64,000 nucleotides of DNA from an uncultured Gammaproteobacteria bacterium (GTDB taxonomy: Bacteria; Pseudomonadota; Gammaproteobacteria; DRLM01): contig CAVSNY010000002.1 of the NCBI GenBank assembly GCA_963729605.1, forward strand, positions 352,001 through 416,000. The letters run 5' to 3'. Positions 63,351 through 64,000 of this stretch are shown here, piece after piece (position 1 is the first letter of the stretch; the number at the start of each line of letters is the position of its first letter). A program made the translations under genes and the position numbers. Under the pieces are notes generated by a model that saw nothing but the letters and a program-made list of their open reading frames with translations, was not told the origin of the DNA and searched no databases.

Positions 63351-64000
63351 CCCGCATCCCCGTCAACCCCGAGCTGCTGACCTGGGCGCGTGAGCGCGCC
63401 GGGCTGGATACGCTCGCGCTGGCGGGGCGTTTCCCCAAACTCAGCGAATGGGAAGACGGCGCCTTGCAGCCGACCTTGCGCCAACTGGAAGACTTCGCCC
63501 GCACCGTGCATGTGGCTGTTGGCTATTTGTTCTTGCCGGCGCCACCGGATGAGCCGTTGCCGATTCCGGATTTCCGCACGCTGGCCGGTCGTCAAGTGGC
63601 CAGTCCCAGCCCAAATCTACTCGACACGATTTATTTGTGTCAGCAGCGGCAGGACTGGTTTCGCGACTATGCCCGCGTACACGCGCTGCCTGCGCTGGAC
63701 TTTCCGGGCAGTGCCACGGTGGAGGACGCGCCCGAGCGCGTGGCCGAGGCGATGCGACAAAGGCTCGCGCTTACCATTTCCGAGCGTCAGCAACTGCCAA
63801 CATGGACCGATGCCCTGCGCCAGCTGATCGGCAAGGCTGAGGATGCGGGTGTATTGGTGATGACCAGCGGCGTCGTAGGCAGCAACAGCCACCGCAAGCT
63901 GGACGTGGAGGAGTTTCGCGGCTTCGCGCTGGCGGATGACTTGGCGCCGCTGGTGTTTATCAATGGCGCCGACAGCAAGGCGGCGCAGATATTCACCCTG
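63347..64000 (+). CDS. HTH + ImmA/IrrE-family metallopeptidase (3' truncated by window; absent from ORF track)
   Basis: [19 protein letters not shown]...PTLRQLEDFA...PIPDFRT...EEFRGFAL.D..APLVFING.DSKAAQIFTL; the HExxH is expected just past the window end. Confidence 0.88.
   Translation, partial: MTRIPVNPELLTWARERAGLDTLALAGRFPKLSEWEDGALQPTLRQLEDFARTVHVAVGYLFLPAPPDEPLPIPDFRTLAGRQVASPSPNLLDTIYLCQQRQDWFRDYARVHALPALDFPGSATVEDAPERVAEAMRQRLALTISERQQLPTWTDALRQLIGKAEDAGVLVMTSGVVGSNSHRKLDVEEFRGFALADDLAPLVFINGADSKAAQIFTL

Overview
High-GC gammaproteobacterial chromosome segment. Bases 1-48450 are mostly core genes: proA-nadD-rsfS-rlmH-maf-rng-yhdP-nitrilase-tldD, yjgA/darP-pmbA, corA, an mla lipid-transport operon, ibaG-murA-hisGDCBHAFIE-tatABC, degS-like protease, nif3, a seven-gene Alternative Complex III (actA B1 B2 C D E F), a PAS-GGDEF-EAL gene, and rpe-gph-trpL-trpE. 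From about 48455 to the window end lies a mosaic, partly lower-GC integrative element. It appears to have inserted into the first seven codons of trpG. It carries a P4-type tyrosine integrase, AlpA, an HTH replication-type protein, an HGGxSTG protein, decayed IS481/RhuM/attC-like debris, and a type I restriction-modification operon with a nested ABC-ATPase + DUF4276 (TOPRIM-like) pair and an HTH-IrrE peptidase. The most notable observations are: a TolC-family gene translationally coupled inside mlaFED-x-CB where MlaA is often found; the trpG 5'-end integration site; the RM-nested defence-like modules; ACIII at the position where petABC commonly lies; and a two-gene periplasmic cargo bracketed by inverted REP elements. 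All assignments come from reading motifs by eye; no searches were run.
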